The notes beneath the pieces were generated by a model that was not told where the DNA came from, searched no databases, and saw only the letters and a list, made by a program, of their open reading frames with translations. The translations under genes were made by a program, and so were the position numbers. A stretch of DNA of 64,000 nt from an uncultured Chlorobiaceae bacterium. Lineage in GTDB: Bacteria > Bacteroidota > Chlorobiia > Chlorobiales > Chlorobiaceae. Below, in pieces: positions 21,959-30,737 of this stretch (the first letter of the stretch is position 1; every line of letters begins with the position of its first letter). Location of the stretch: contig CAJAIK010000115.1 of the NCBI GenBank assembly GCA_903939765.1, positions 55,871 through 119,870 on the forward strand, written 5' to 3'.

Positions 21959-23119
21959 TTATCGAACATCGCCTGTGCCCTCCTGATCCGGATTTTCCCG
22001 ATGCTCAATGCCTGCGGCCTCCTCCAATTGCCTCTTCAGCTCCTCTTTTGATGGCAGATAGAGCTGATACTTCGATGCGAAAATATTTGAATCCTTGGGG
22101 AGAGTAAGCTCAACCAGCGCATCATGCTTGCGATGGCACAACAGAATGCCGATGGTCGGCAGTTCATCGTCGGTTTTGACATAGCGGTCAAAATAGTTGA
22201 CATACATCTGCATCTGCCCAAGATCCTGATGCGTCAGCTTGTCGCGCTTGAGATCAATGAGCACATAGCAGCGCAACAGGCGATTGTAAAAAACCAGATC
22301 AACATAGAAGTGGTCATTGTCGAAGGTGAACCGTTTCTGGCGAGCCTCAAAGAGAAACCCCTTGCCCAGTTCCAGCAAAAAGTGTTCGAGATGGTCGATA
22401 ATGGCCGTTTCAAGTGCATGTTCTGAATAAGCAATCTTCTCTTCCATATCCAGAAACTCAAGCACAATGGGGTTCTTAATCACATCACCCGGCTTTTCAA
22501 CCACAAGCCCCTTTTGAGAGAGCTGCCTGATTCCCTCCTTGTCACGACTGAGAGCCAGCCGTTCATAAAGCGAAGCCGCTATCTGCCGCTCCAGCTCTCT
22601 GGCACCCCAACTGTTTTCGCGGGCTTCAATTTCATAGAACCGACGCTCATCAGCATTCGAAATGGTCAGCAAAGCAACGTAATGCGACCACCCGAGAGCG
22701 AAGCTGCCTGCCAGTGTTGCAGAGAGTTTCTGGAGCATTTTTGGAGCACTGGCAATGACATCAAAAGATGTAACAGGCAGCATCTGTTGAATCTTTTGCA
22801 AACCAGCCGAAACCTCAAAAGATTGGTCAGGCGGCGTCTGACCAATCTTTTGATAAGCCAGATAAAAAGTTCTGCACAATTTGAGGTTAGTCGAAGAGAT
22901 ACCCTTTAGCCCAAGGGTTTTGAGTTCTTTTGAGAGCCGATTAATCAGGCCTTTGCCATAGAGTTCAGATCGTTCGGCTCCACCCTGCTCAAACTCCACA
23001 ATGTACCACCCGAAAAGCCAGTTCCGGATCACAAGGGAGGTGTCGACCGACCGGGCAGCTCTCTGCTGCAACTCGAGGTGGGTCTCTTTGAAGAGGGCAA
23101 GTAACTGTTGATAGTCCAT
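21959..23119 (-). CDS. DUF1016/YhcG-family PD-(D/E)XK nuclease-domain protein
   Basis: The N-terminus RNWLFGWYIVEFEQGG and the C-terminal YVDLVFYN...YVLIDLKRDKL (D-x-n-D/E-x-K) are typical of YhcG-like proteins. Confidence 0.8.
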   Translation of the reverse strand: MDYQQLLALFKETHLELQQRAARSVDTSLVIRNWLFGWYIVEFEQGGAERSELYGKGLINRLSKELKTLGLKGISSTNLKLCRTFYLAYQKIGQTPPDQSFEVSAGLQKIQQMLPVTSFDVIASAPKMLQKLSATLAGSFALGWSHYVALLTISNADERRFYEIEARENSWGARELERQIAASLYERLALSRDKEGIRQLSQKGLVVEKPGDVIKNPIVLEFLDMEEKIAYSEHALETAIIDHLEHFLLELGKGFLFEARQKRFTFDNDHFYVDLVFYNRLLRCYVLIDLKRDKLTHQDLGQMQMYVNYFDRYVKTDDELPTIGILLCHRKHDALVELTLPKDSNIFASKYQLYLPSKEELKRQLEEAAGIEHRENPDQEGTGDVR

Positions 23120-23134
23120 AGGGTTCGCGGTTTA

Positions 23135-23214
23135 CCTCTACTGGTTGATTTGTACCGTAGAAGGATAGCTCTGAATTATTATCATTACAATTTCATGATT
23201 TCATGAACGTCCCC
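23135..23214 (-). repeat. R-repeat copy 1 (~80 nt, promoter-like)
   Basis: It aligns with 24292-24364 and 30738-30817. The core is ATTACAATTTCATGATTTCATGAACGTCCCC. It ends 15 nt upstream of the DUF1016 start. Confidence 0.7.
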
Positions 23215-23236
23215 AAGACTTTTTTACCGTTTTTCA

Positions 23237-24163
23237 TTAGACATTCTCTTCAAAGTAATATGAGTAGTCGATGCCTTTCATAAACATTTCGCGGTCGTTT
23301 ATTTTGGTGGTAAGCGCTTTTTCCAAAAGTGTTTTTAGAACACTACTTTTGGTTGGACTTAACATCATCGCATTCATGTAATCTTGTTTGCTTATTTTAC
23401 TCCAATCAACGCATTTTTTAAGGCGTTTTTTTAGTATCAAATCCAACCATATTCTGGTGCTTCTTCCATTACCTTCCATAAACGGGTGGGCAATGTTCAT
23501 TTCTACATATTTGTTTACGATTTCGTCAAATGTAGTTTCAGGCATTGCTTCTATTTGCTTTAATGTGTTACCTAAAAAAAGTAATACGGCAAATTGAAAC
23601 CCGCCTTTTGAAATGTTTTTTTGTCTGATCTGCCCTGCAAAATCATATAATCCACCAAACAAATACGCGTGTATTTGTTGTAAACCTTTGGTTGAACCAA
23701 TTTCCAAGCTATTGATAAAAGTACTTTCAAACAATGCATACGCTTTTGTCTTGCTTTTTCCGTCTACACTTTCATCACTATATGTAAACCATTCAATAAA
23801 TCGGTTTGCCTTTTTGCTCGGAAATTCTTTGCCTAAGGCAATAATGCCAGTATAATCCAACACATCAGTTAAATATCGTTTACCGTCATTTGCCAAAAGC
23901 TTCAGTTGGGTAGTGGTACTAACCAACTCGTTTTTTTCTTTTTTCAATTTGGCTTTAAGATATTTCCAATAGTTGCGAGTTTTGGTGTAGTCGTCCTGGT
24001 CGGTAAGCAAAGCTACAATATCCAAAACACTAAACCACCACTTGGCATTTTGCTCGTCCCAAACAGCTCGCACTTCGCGGTCGTCAAAAAAACGTATTGA
24101 TATTTTTATGTTACTCATGATTTGAATGTTACCAATACTGTCATTTTGAATTTTTCTGTCCAA
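23237..24163 (-). CDS. BRO-N/KilA-N-like DNA-binding domain fused to a Fic (AMPylase) domain
   Basis: The N-terminus ([28 protein letters not shown]) resembles BRO-N. The C-terminus carries the Fic motif [12 protein letters not shown]. The gene is AT-rich, and an alternative start is the ATG at 24118. Confidence 0.75.
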   Translation of the reverse strand: MDRKIQNDSIGNIQIMSNIKISIRFFDDREVRAVWDEQNAKWWFSVLDIVALLTDQDDYTKTRNYWKYLKAKLKKEKNELVSTTTQLKLLANDGKRYLTDVLDYTGIIALGKEFPSKKANRFIEWFTYSDESVDGKSKTKAYALFESTFINSLEIGSTKGLQQIHAYLFGGLYDFAGQIRQKNISKGGFQFAVLLFLGNTLKQIEAMPETTFDEIVNKYVEMNIAHPFMEGNGRSTRIWLDLILKKRLKKCVDWSKISKQDYMNAMMLSPTKSSVLKTLLEKALTTKINDREMFMKGIDYSYYFEENV

Positions 24164-24291
24164 AGGAATGGTAATTTATATATTGTAGTTGCTGTCTGCT
24201 GTGTCACGTTACAATGACCGCTAACTTGCTTATATGCTCTACTCTATTGCGCCTTACACGACATATTCTATGAATAAGCGCAACAAAGAAG

Positions 24292-24364
24292 CGTCTTACT
24301 GATACGCAGAAAGGTAACTCTGCATTGTGATCATTGCAAGTTCATGATTTCAGGAACGTCACCT
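24292..24364 (-). repeat. R-repeat copy 2
   Basis: CTGCATTGTGATCATTGCAAGTTCATGATTTCAGGAACGTCACC. It lies ~130 nt upstream of the BRO-Fic gene and abuts the truncated TPM fragment. Confidence 0.7.
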
Positions 24365-24583
24365 CCTCACAGGGCAATTCTGCAACGTCCCATCAACCGC
24401 TACGTTTCGGCCGAAAACCCACCATGAATCCCTACTATCCGACAATGTCCGGTTTACCTCCTGGGAGAGAAGCTGCGCATTGTCCGTGATCCTGCCGGTC
24501 AGATAAGGAACGTCTGCAGCAGGAAGTATCGTGCTGATCATCAGCATGATCGGAAGTAACAGGATGATCAATCGTCTCTTCAT
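24359..24583 (-). pseudogene. N-terminal fragment of a TPM-domain protein
   Basis: A signal peptide plus VPYLTGRITDNAQLLSQEVNRTL matches the start of TPM domains. Similarity is lost after ~50 aa, and the frame runs into the R-repeat. Confidence 0.5.
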
Positions 24584-24771
24584 AGTCCCTCCTCCTCGAT
24601 AATTTCATTGGGCAGTTCGTTTTCCGCTGCTTCCCGGCAGGTGGTTCTCAGTATGCCCCTCCTTTTCCGGGTAGCAAACAGCTCCCGGTCCAGAAAGAGT
24701 GATTTTGCATACTGCTGCACTTCCGCCTCAGCGCGATAGCTGCGCTCCTGATCTGATACGATTTGTTTCAT
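24580..24771 (-). CDS. Hypothetical small protein (possibly a relic)
   Basis: A 63-aa ORF with a 4-nt overlap onto the TPM fragment. I recognise no motif. Confidence 0.25.
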   Translation of the reverse strand: MKQIVSDQERSYRAEAEVQQYAKSLFLDRELFATRKRRGILRTTCREAAENELPNEIIEEEGL

Positions 24772-25147
24772 TCAGTATCCCTGTATCCGAAGATTATTAT
24801 AATCGCCCTGTCCAGATAGCTTGCAGAAACCTGACCTCCTTTCCGCTCCAGTCAGGATTAAAAGCTTGATTTCATCCTCTGATTTCGGCAATAACAGATT
24901 GACGGAAAAATTACAGAATAAATGGAGATCCGTCAAGAAATCCAGGAAAAACACCTTCGTAAATCCCGAAACCGAGCGCGACCCTCATTTTGTTTTGTGC
25001 AGAACAACTTTTGCCGATTGCTCCCATTATCTCCGCACAGCATCACTGCAATGGATGTGAATGCACAGGGTAGCTGAATGGATTTTGTTTTAAGCGCACT
25101 CCCCTCTATATTTGATCTGATAAATAGCTTGGTGTGACTCATACCGA

Positions 25148-26068
25148 TTGTTCCTGATCGGTACATTGCCCTATTTCCCGGATGCCCATGCTGAAATAGA
25201 TTGGTCACAGGAGCATGTTTTTCTGGATCAAGAGTTGCGGGCAGTGGTGCAGGATGCTGAGCTGGGGAGACGCTTTGTTGATCGACTTGTCAGGGTGACT
25301 GAGCTTTGTGGCAATGAAAGCTGGATATACATCCATGTTGAAGTGCAGGGCACAAAACAGGCTGAGTTTGCCGAACGGATGTTTGTGTACAATTACCGGA
25401 TTTTCGACCGATACAAACGACCTGTAGCAAGTTTGGCGGTGCTGGCCGATGAACACAAGCTTTGGAAACCAACCTCTTATGGTTTTTCTGTGCTGGGATG
25501 TCGCCATACGCTGGAGTTCCCGGTTGCCAAACTGACTGATTATGAAGACAAACTCGACGAGCTGCTGGCATCGGATAACGCTTTTGGATGGATTACGGCG
25601 GCACACATCCTGACCAAAAAGACCAGAACAGAGGATCAGGAACGGTACAACGCAAAACTCCGTTTACTGCGGATATTGTATGACCGGCATTGGGATAAAC
25701 AACGGGTAATCAACTTATTCAATGTCATCGACTGGTTAATGCAACTGCCGGAATGGTTGAATAGCAAGGTCTGGCAAGAACTTGAAACAATTGAGGAGAG
25801 AGAAAAAGTGCAATACATTACAAGCGTAGAACGTATTGGCATTGCCAAGGGTATGGCCAAAGGCCGTGTTGAGGGCCGTGTTGAAGGCCGCGTCGAGGGA
25901 GAATCAAGGTTATTGAAAAGGCAGCTTGAGCGTCGCTTTGGCCCGTTGCCTGAGTGGGTTTCAGAGCGGTTAGGGAGCGCCAAAGAGGAGGAGTTAGAAA
26001 CATGGAGTGAAGCTGTTCTTTCGGCCCCTACTCTGGAAGCTGTTTTCGGAAAAACTGACCCATCTTAA
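25148..26068 (+). CDS. Rpn-family recombination-promoting nuclease/putative transposase (PD-(D/E)XK, DUF4351-type C-terminus), N-terminally shortened
   Basis: RFVDRLVRVTELCGNESWIYIHVEVQG is the nuclease core. The C-terminus has a GRVEGRVEGRVEG repeat followed by RLLKRQLERRFG. It has a TTG start, and the usual N-terminal ~30 aa are missing. Confidence 0.65.
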   Translation: MFLIGTLPYFPDAHAEIDWSQEHVFLDQELRAVVQDAELGRRFVDRLVRVTELCGNESWIYIHVEVQGTKQAEFAERMFVYNYRIFDRYKRPVASLAVLADEHKLWKPTSYGFSVLGCRHTLEFPVAKLTDYEDKLDELLASDNAFGWITAAHILTKKTRTEDQERYNAKLRLLRILYDRHWDKQRVINLFNVIDWLMQLPEWLNSKVWQELETIEEREKVQYITSVERIGIAKGMAKGRVEGRVEGRVEGESRLLKRQLERRFGPLPEWVSERLGSAKEEELETWSEAVLSAPTLEAVFGKTDPS

Positions 26069-26123
26069 AAAAGTTAACGGTTATGTACTTTCACTGAATA
26101 ATCGTAAATCCCACGGTGTGCTT

Positions 26124-26474
26124 TCAAAAAAAGTACCGTGTTGTTTCCGATGCCTTTCTGTTGAGAGGGTCATGCCCACACAAATCTTTGGATGTCAACT
26201 TCTTTTTGACAACCAGCTTCCGATGTACTCTTTCAAGGAACACCTCTTCTTCACAGGCGATTGACTTGTATCTGTTCTGAAATAGATGGCCGTACCTGTA
26301 ATTGCATCGATTGCAACTGATCGAGTATCCGGCAAGAAACTTCCTCATGAATGCAGAGAGTCCCGGTTGACCGCTTTTGAGAAGGATATGCGCATGATTA
26401 GTCATCAGCGCCAATTTATGCACCGATCTGTCCTTTATATAAGTCATAGATTGGAAAAAACAAATCGGAATCAT
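26124..26474 (-). pseudogene. Fragment of an IS200/REP-associated Y1 transposase (RAYT-like)
   Basis: LMTNHAHILLKSG ... GHLFQNRYKS matches the HUH/Y1 transposase core. The N-terminal half is absent, and the ORF overlaps the 3' end of the 866-aa gene. Confidence 0.6.
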
Positions 26475-29016
26475 TCCAGTTCAAATTTCCATCAATCAAT
26501 GAAAAGCTGGCGAATTTACTTTCGTCCAAATATTTCTTAATCGATGGATGAAGCGATTTTGATAAAAAAGGTTTGAAATCAACAAGTCTTTCATTTCCAT
26601 CGTTAAATCTTATCCGAATTGCATAATCGGACAGATATTTCGCAGAATCAATTTTCAACTTGTCATTATAATCTGTGCATGAGAAATTAAATTTTGTTTT
26701 CCTTTTTTTGCTTGTTTTATACTCATACTGCACACCAAAGCTTACCTTATTTGAACGAAATTTAGATAACTTTTCAAGAAAAAAACTATTTAACTTTTCT
26801 TCATTTGGGTGATTTAAACCTTCGTATTTTAGTTTACATATTATTTGAGTTATTTTATAATTACCTTTACCATGCTCATTATGGCCAGTGATATTTGCCT
26901 TTTCGTTTATTTCTTTTCCATTTGGAATATCCACTGTTATAGACTCTAATACTGGAGCATCGTAAAACACTTTATCTACCTCTTTTTTTCTTCCCCATTC
27001 TTGCGCTGTATCACAATACATTAATAAAAACTCCAGTGGAAACGACTCAAAACAAATATAGCCAATGTTAGTATCCTCTTTAAGCGTTTTATAAGTACAT
27101 GAATTATGCATAGATATTGCTAATGCAGCAAGATATATCTCTACAATTCTTTTACTCGTAGAACCATGATCGCCAATATAGTTACCCTCTATAGTTTTCA
27201 TAAAAAGATTTATTAATAATATGGCGCTTAGCACTCCATGATCTTGGTTGTCCTCTATAGCTTGAATATAATTTTTTAGCAATTCAGTTTTATTCGTCCG
27301 TTTATCTTCATCTTGAGAAACAAAAAATCTTGTCAATTCTGTTATTGTATCAATATAGCTTGCCTTATTTTTCTTACTTGACAAAATGCTTCCCCAATCT
27401 ATATGAACAGGGATATCCGCAAGTAAATTATCTGATATAAATTTTTGCATTGTCTTATCATATTGCTGAAAAATATATGCAATATCATGAAATAGAGCAA
27501 TTAAAACCCATATTCTCAGCACCCCCTCATCATCAATTTCTATTTCTTGATATTCTTCAACATTTTGAAGCCTTTTATTAATCTTTTTCTTTATTTCACC
27601 TATACCAATAGCATTTATAAATATATATCCCATAACAAAAACATGAAATTGATGCATAAAATGATCTCTATATTTTTCTGTACTATATAGCATCAGCTTT
27701 TCATGATCCATAAAATCAATTAATTTTTTCTCTGTAAGATCATAATACTTCTCCATATCAACAGACTTAAAAACATCCTTAATATAAAGCATTGTCCTTA
27801 TCATTATTTCTTCATAACCTATGTATGTGTGTCGTTGGAAAACAAAAAACAAATGTTTTGTCAAATCATAAATCTTCCTATTACCCTTTATTTCTGGATT
27901 TACTTTATTACTGATATTTATTATAGCATCAATCATTTTTTTTCCTTGAAATAATTGATCATAAGAACCTATATCAGTAATTCCAAGACTTACCTCAATA
28001 ACTTGCAAACACAATTGATTTATAACTTTCAACAAATCTTCTTTTCCTTTTATTTCAATAGTATCCGGCGCCTTGTTCATCAACTCACGTATATCTTTAT
28101 ATACTTGATTTCGTCCTTCTTCTGAATCGTTATAATTATCAAGCCTTACAACACCTTTTATTTCATTTGATATATTATCACAAATAGGAATAACAACAAG
28201 CTCTTTACATTTACTGTGTATCCCTCTCTCTGTATCATCATTTTTTCCACGTACCTTAGCACCTATACTATTCGCATTCTTACTGCCATCACTATTTTTA
28301 TCATATATTTGATTCTCTATCATTCTTACACAAATGTTGCGTCTCGCAACCATAGCAGTTATACCTTCTCCTTTTATATGCATAACTTCTTTACCAACTA
28401 TTTTATCTATCTTATCAATGACTATATATTTATTTGGCCTAGTTTCGTAATCATATGTCCAGTGTTGTTTTTTTTCTTTTTTTTCACCATAAGAATCCTC
28501 TACTCCAATGAATTTCAAAACCTTATAAGGAGTATCATTTGCGTCATACACTATTACCCTATTAATGGCGCCAGCAGATTTATCTCTTCCCTTTTCATTA
28601 GTAAAAGTAATTTCAACCAATTCTTTAGTGATTTTTGAATCATCTTCTTCATTAGTAAGCCTGATGATATCGTCTTCTTTGATATCTATTTTTTCATTTT
28701 CAAAAGTAAACGTAAATTTGTGTTCGCTTTCTTGTTTTTCAATTTTCCCTTTTTTACCAGCAAATTCGATTACACCACTTTCATGATGAGAGCCGTTATC
28801 ACCGTTATTAACTTTATATTCGAATATTATTTTCCCCTCTGCAAATCTTTTTTTAAACTCATCTTCTTTTTCGTTTTTATGCATTGAGCCTGGCACTGAA
28901 ATCAAGTATAATGCACACGCATCATAACTAAAATATTTTTTTACTGTTAATAAAAACGATTTTATGGGCTCCCTAATTTCAAACCTTTTGTTCTCAATAG
29001 AAGTCATATTTTTCAT
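26416..29016 (-). CDS. 866-aa multidomain protein: split GAF-like N-domain, HD-superfamily-like central domain, C-terminal DUF2442
   Basis: GAF-like: SYDACALYLIS ... GEGITAMVARRNICVRM ... ELVVIPICDNISNEIKGVVRLDN. HD-like: RDHFMHQFHVF, ALFHDIAYIFQ, DHGVLSA, ISMHN, MYCDTAQEWGR. DUF2442-like: YAIRIRFNDGNERLVDFKPFL...GNLNWNDSDLFFPIYDLY. The gene is strongly AT-rich. Confidence 0.7.
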   Translation of the reverse strand: MKNMTSIENKRFEIREPIKSFLLTVKKYFSYDACALYLISVPGSMHKNEKEDEFKKRFAEGKIIFEYKVNNGDNGSHHESGVIEFAGKKGKIEKQESEHKFTFTFENEKIDIKEDDIIRLTNEEDDSKITKELVEITFTNEKGRDKSAGAINRVIVYDANDTPYKVLKFIGVEDSYGEKKEKKQHWTYDYETRPNKYIVIDKIDKIVGKEVMHIKGEGITAMVARRNICVRMIENQIYDKNSDGSKNANSIGAKVRGKNDDTERGIHSKCKELVVIPICDNISNEIKGVVRLDNYNDSEEGRNQVYKDIRELMNKAPDTIEIKGKEDLLKVINQLCLQVIEVSLGITDIGSYDQLFQGKKMIDAIINISNKVNPEIKGNRKIYDLTKHLFFVFQRHTYIGYEEIMIRTMLYIKDVFKSVDMEKYYDLTEKKLIDFMDHEKLMLYSTEKYRDHFMHQFHVFVMGYIFINAIGIGEIKKKINKRLQNVEEYQEIEIDDEGVLRIWVLIALFHDIAYIFQQYDKTMQKFISDNLLADIPVHIDWGSILSSKKNKASYIDTITELTRFFVSQDEDKRTNKTELLKNYIQAIEDNQDHGVLSAILLINLFMKTIEGNYIGDHGSTSKRIVEIYLAALAISMHNSCTYKTLKEDTNIGYICFESFPLEFLLMYCDTAQEWGRKKEVDKVFYDAPVLESITVDIPNGKEINEKANITGHNEHGKGNYKITQIICKLKYEGLNHPNEEKLNSFFLEKLSKFRSNKVSFGVQYEYKTSKKRKTKFNFSCTDYNDKLKIDSAKYLSDYAIRIRFNDGNERLVDFKPFLSKSLHPSIKKYLDESKFASFSLIDGNLNWNDSDLFFPIYDLYKGQIGA

Positions 29017-29124
29017 TTTATTTGTGTCCTATTAAGTTTGTTATATAAAATTGGCTCTTCAAAAATTTTAATGGGAAAAAATATATATCCACGTACCGAG
29101 TCATGTGAGGTTTATTCATCTTAA

Positions 29125-29162
29125 GGAAAACAAATATACGATTACAAACAATACACGTCAAG
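29125..29162 (-). promoter_or_regulatory. Promoter-like element (Bacteroidetes-type TTG-N20-TATATTTG) upstream of the 866-aa gene
   Basis: The minus-strand reading is CTTGACGTGTATTGTTTGTAATCGTATATTTG. It shares a 15-nt identical core, AAATATACGATTACA, with 30612-30626. Confidence 0.4.
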
Positions 29163-29268
29163 TTTTTTTTCAGTTCTGAGTGATAAATCCTAAGGACAGT
29201 AGGTTGTGAGCGGCTTAATACGAATCCTCGGTTCAGGATTCTAGTTCTGCTACGGTTTCATTACTCCC

Positions 29269-29353
29269 GTTCAACCATTCGGTTCAATTTTCCGGTAAAA
29301 TCCGCAACGGTTACCAAGCAAATACCCGGCAACAATGGCTGAATGGGTTGAAT
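29269..29353 (-). repeat. attC-like imperfect palindrome E
   Basis: GTTCAACCATTC (29269-29280) pairs with GAATGGGTTGAAT (29341-29353) with one bulged base. Inner arms TTTTCCGG/CCCGGCAACAA also pair. Read on the minus strand, the ends are ATTCAAC...GTTGAAC, which fits RYYYAAC...GTTRRRY. It begins 13 nt after the RhuM stop. Confidence 0.55.
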
Positions 29354-29366
29354 AGATACATCCCTT

Positions 29367-30428
29367 CTACTCATCGCCCCCCTCCTTCGGCTTCTGCAGA
29401 GACTCGACCTCCTTGAGCATGCGGTCAAAGTCGCTCTCAAAGAGCCGATCCTGAACGATCCGGTACTTTTCAAACTCGCTTTCGGCGTGTGCTCTGGCAA
29501 TTTCTGCTGTTACTTTGCCCGGATCCTGTAAGATCTCACGATCGGTCGCTGCGATGAAGCGATTAAGGCGGGTTTCCCAGTCCTGCATGGTCATGGGCAT
29601 CTTGCGCTGCGCCATGTCCTCGGCAACATCGAGGTATGCCGAAACCAACCGTGCAAGTTGTGCCATTTCGTGTTCTGTCAGGTAATTCTTTGCAACCACA
29701 ACATCGAACTTCTGGATCTTTCCTCCGGGCGCATCCTTCCATGTGGTCAGCCCCATATTCTGTTTTTCGGCATCTGCCCGGTTAAAGATGACCTCCGCTG
29801 CGGTCTGACCATGTATGGCCCAGTGCAGTTTATTCTGCACGGTGGCGAAAAAGCGTTTGGTGGCCTGGGCTGTCACGTCGTAGTCGATGGAGGTTGCATA
29901 GATGTCGGTGACCTTCTGATAGAACTTGCGCTCGGAGAGACGAATCTCCCGAATACGCTGCAACTGCTCTTCAAAATACTGGTCGGTAAGGATGGAGCCA
30001 CCGCTTTTCAGGCGTTCATCATCCATGGCATAACCCTTGATGGTGAACTCCTTAATGATAGAGGTCGCCCACTTACGGAACAGTACGGCACGTTCGGAGT
30101 TTACCTTATAACCGACAGCAATAACTGCTGCAAGACTGTAGTGTTTGGTGTTGTAACTTTTTCCATCGGCGGCAGTTATTCGAAAATTTCGAATAACTGA
30201 TTCCTCCTGTAATTCGTTGTCTGAAAAAACTTTTTTCAGGTGATAGTTGATGGTATGAGTCGCCACATCGTAGAGCGCCCCCATCATCTTCTGGGTAAGC
30301 CAGATATTCTCATCTGCATAAACCGCATCAATGCCGCCAGTGCCGCTGGCAGCGATAAAGGTCAGATATTCAGCCGCCGAGGAGCGGACGATAGAGACCT
30401 CCTTACCTGATTTTTTTCTCCCGCTCAT
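29367..30428 (-). CDS. RhuM-family protein
   Basis: SSAAEYLTFIAASG ... ENIWLTQKMMGALYDV ... YNLDAVIAVGYKVNS-like (here YSLAAVIAVGYKVNSERAVLFRKWAT) is typical of RhuM. I prefer the ATG at 30428 because it is preceded by GAGGGTGAAGG. Confidence 0.8.
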   Translation of the reverse strand: MSGRKKSGKEVSIVRSSAAEYLTFIAASGTGGIDAVYADENIWLTQKMMGALYDVATHTINYHLKKVFSDNELQEESVIRNFRITAADGKSYNTKHYSLAAVIAVGYKVNSERAVLFRKWATSIIKEFTIKGYAMDDERLKSGGSILTDQYFEEQLQRIREIRLSERKFYQKVTDIYATSIDYDVTAQATKRFFATVQNKLHWAIHGQTAAEVIFNRADAEKQNMGLTTWKDAPGGKIQKFDVVVAKNYLTEHEMAQLARLVSAYLDVAEDMAQRKMPMTMQDWETRLNRFIAATDREILQDPGKVTAEIARAHAESEFEKYRIVQDRLFESDFDRMLKEVESLQKPKEGGDE

Positions 30429-30553
30429 GCCTTCACCCTCTTGCCTATCAAAAGGCAAGCCATCGGTTCGCCCTTGAGTGCTGGCTGCATCCCATCGCCA
30501 GAGAAGTGTTTGTTTTCCTCGACATCCAGCTCGGAGAGAGTTTTTTTATCCAT
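30425..30553 (-). CDS. Possible 42-aa upstream ORF translationally coupled to rhuM
   Basis: MDKKTLSELDVEENKHFSGDGMQPALKGEPMACLLIGKRVKA. Its TGA overlaps the rhuM ATG (ATGA). It lies downstream of the promoter-like 15-mer. Confidence 0.3.
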   Translation of the reverse strand: MDKKTLSELDVEENKHFSGDGMQPALKGEPMACLLIGKRVKA

Positions 30554-30609
30554 TGGAAAACTGCAAGGGTTATAGGAACCTCTGAGTAGAATAACTCGTT
30601 TTGCAAAAA

Positions 30610-30642
30610 GGAAATATACGATTACAGCCAAAGCACCGCAAG
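30610..30642 (-). promoter_or_regulatory. Promoter-like element upstream of the rhuM cassette genes
   Basis: The minus-strand reading is CTTGCGGTGCTTTGGCTGTAATCGTATATTTCC. It has the same 15-nt core as 29132-29146. Confidence 0.35.
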
Positions 30643-30737
30643 AACAACAAAATTCTGTCCGTCTATTGCACCGCATCACCTATTTCCTGCACTGTTGCAA
30701 CGTGCCTGACGAATCGAGTCTTGTACCTCTCGGCATG

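Noticed and set aside
23135-23214. The R-repeats (R1-R3) as a second class of attC sites.
   Set aside because: They lack the end-to-end imperfect palindrome and the AAC...GTT terminal boxes. Only short internal palindromes are present (TTCATGA..TCATGAA). A promoter/operator reading fits better.
25855-25900. A tandem 12-nt repeat (GGCCGTGTTGAG-like, x3) as a VNTR or CRISPR-like feature.
   Set aside because: It lies in frame inside the Rpn-type gene and encodes GRVEGRVEGRVEG. The second Rpn gene has an analogous AEG-rich repeat, so this is a protein low-complexity feature.
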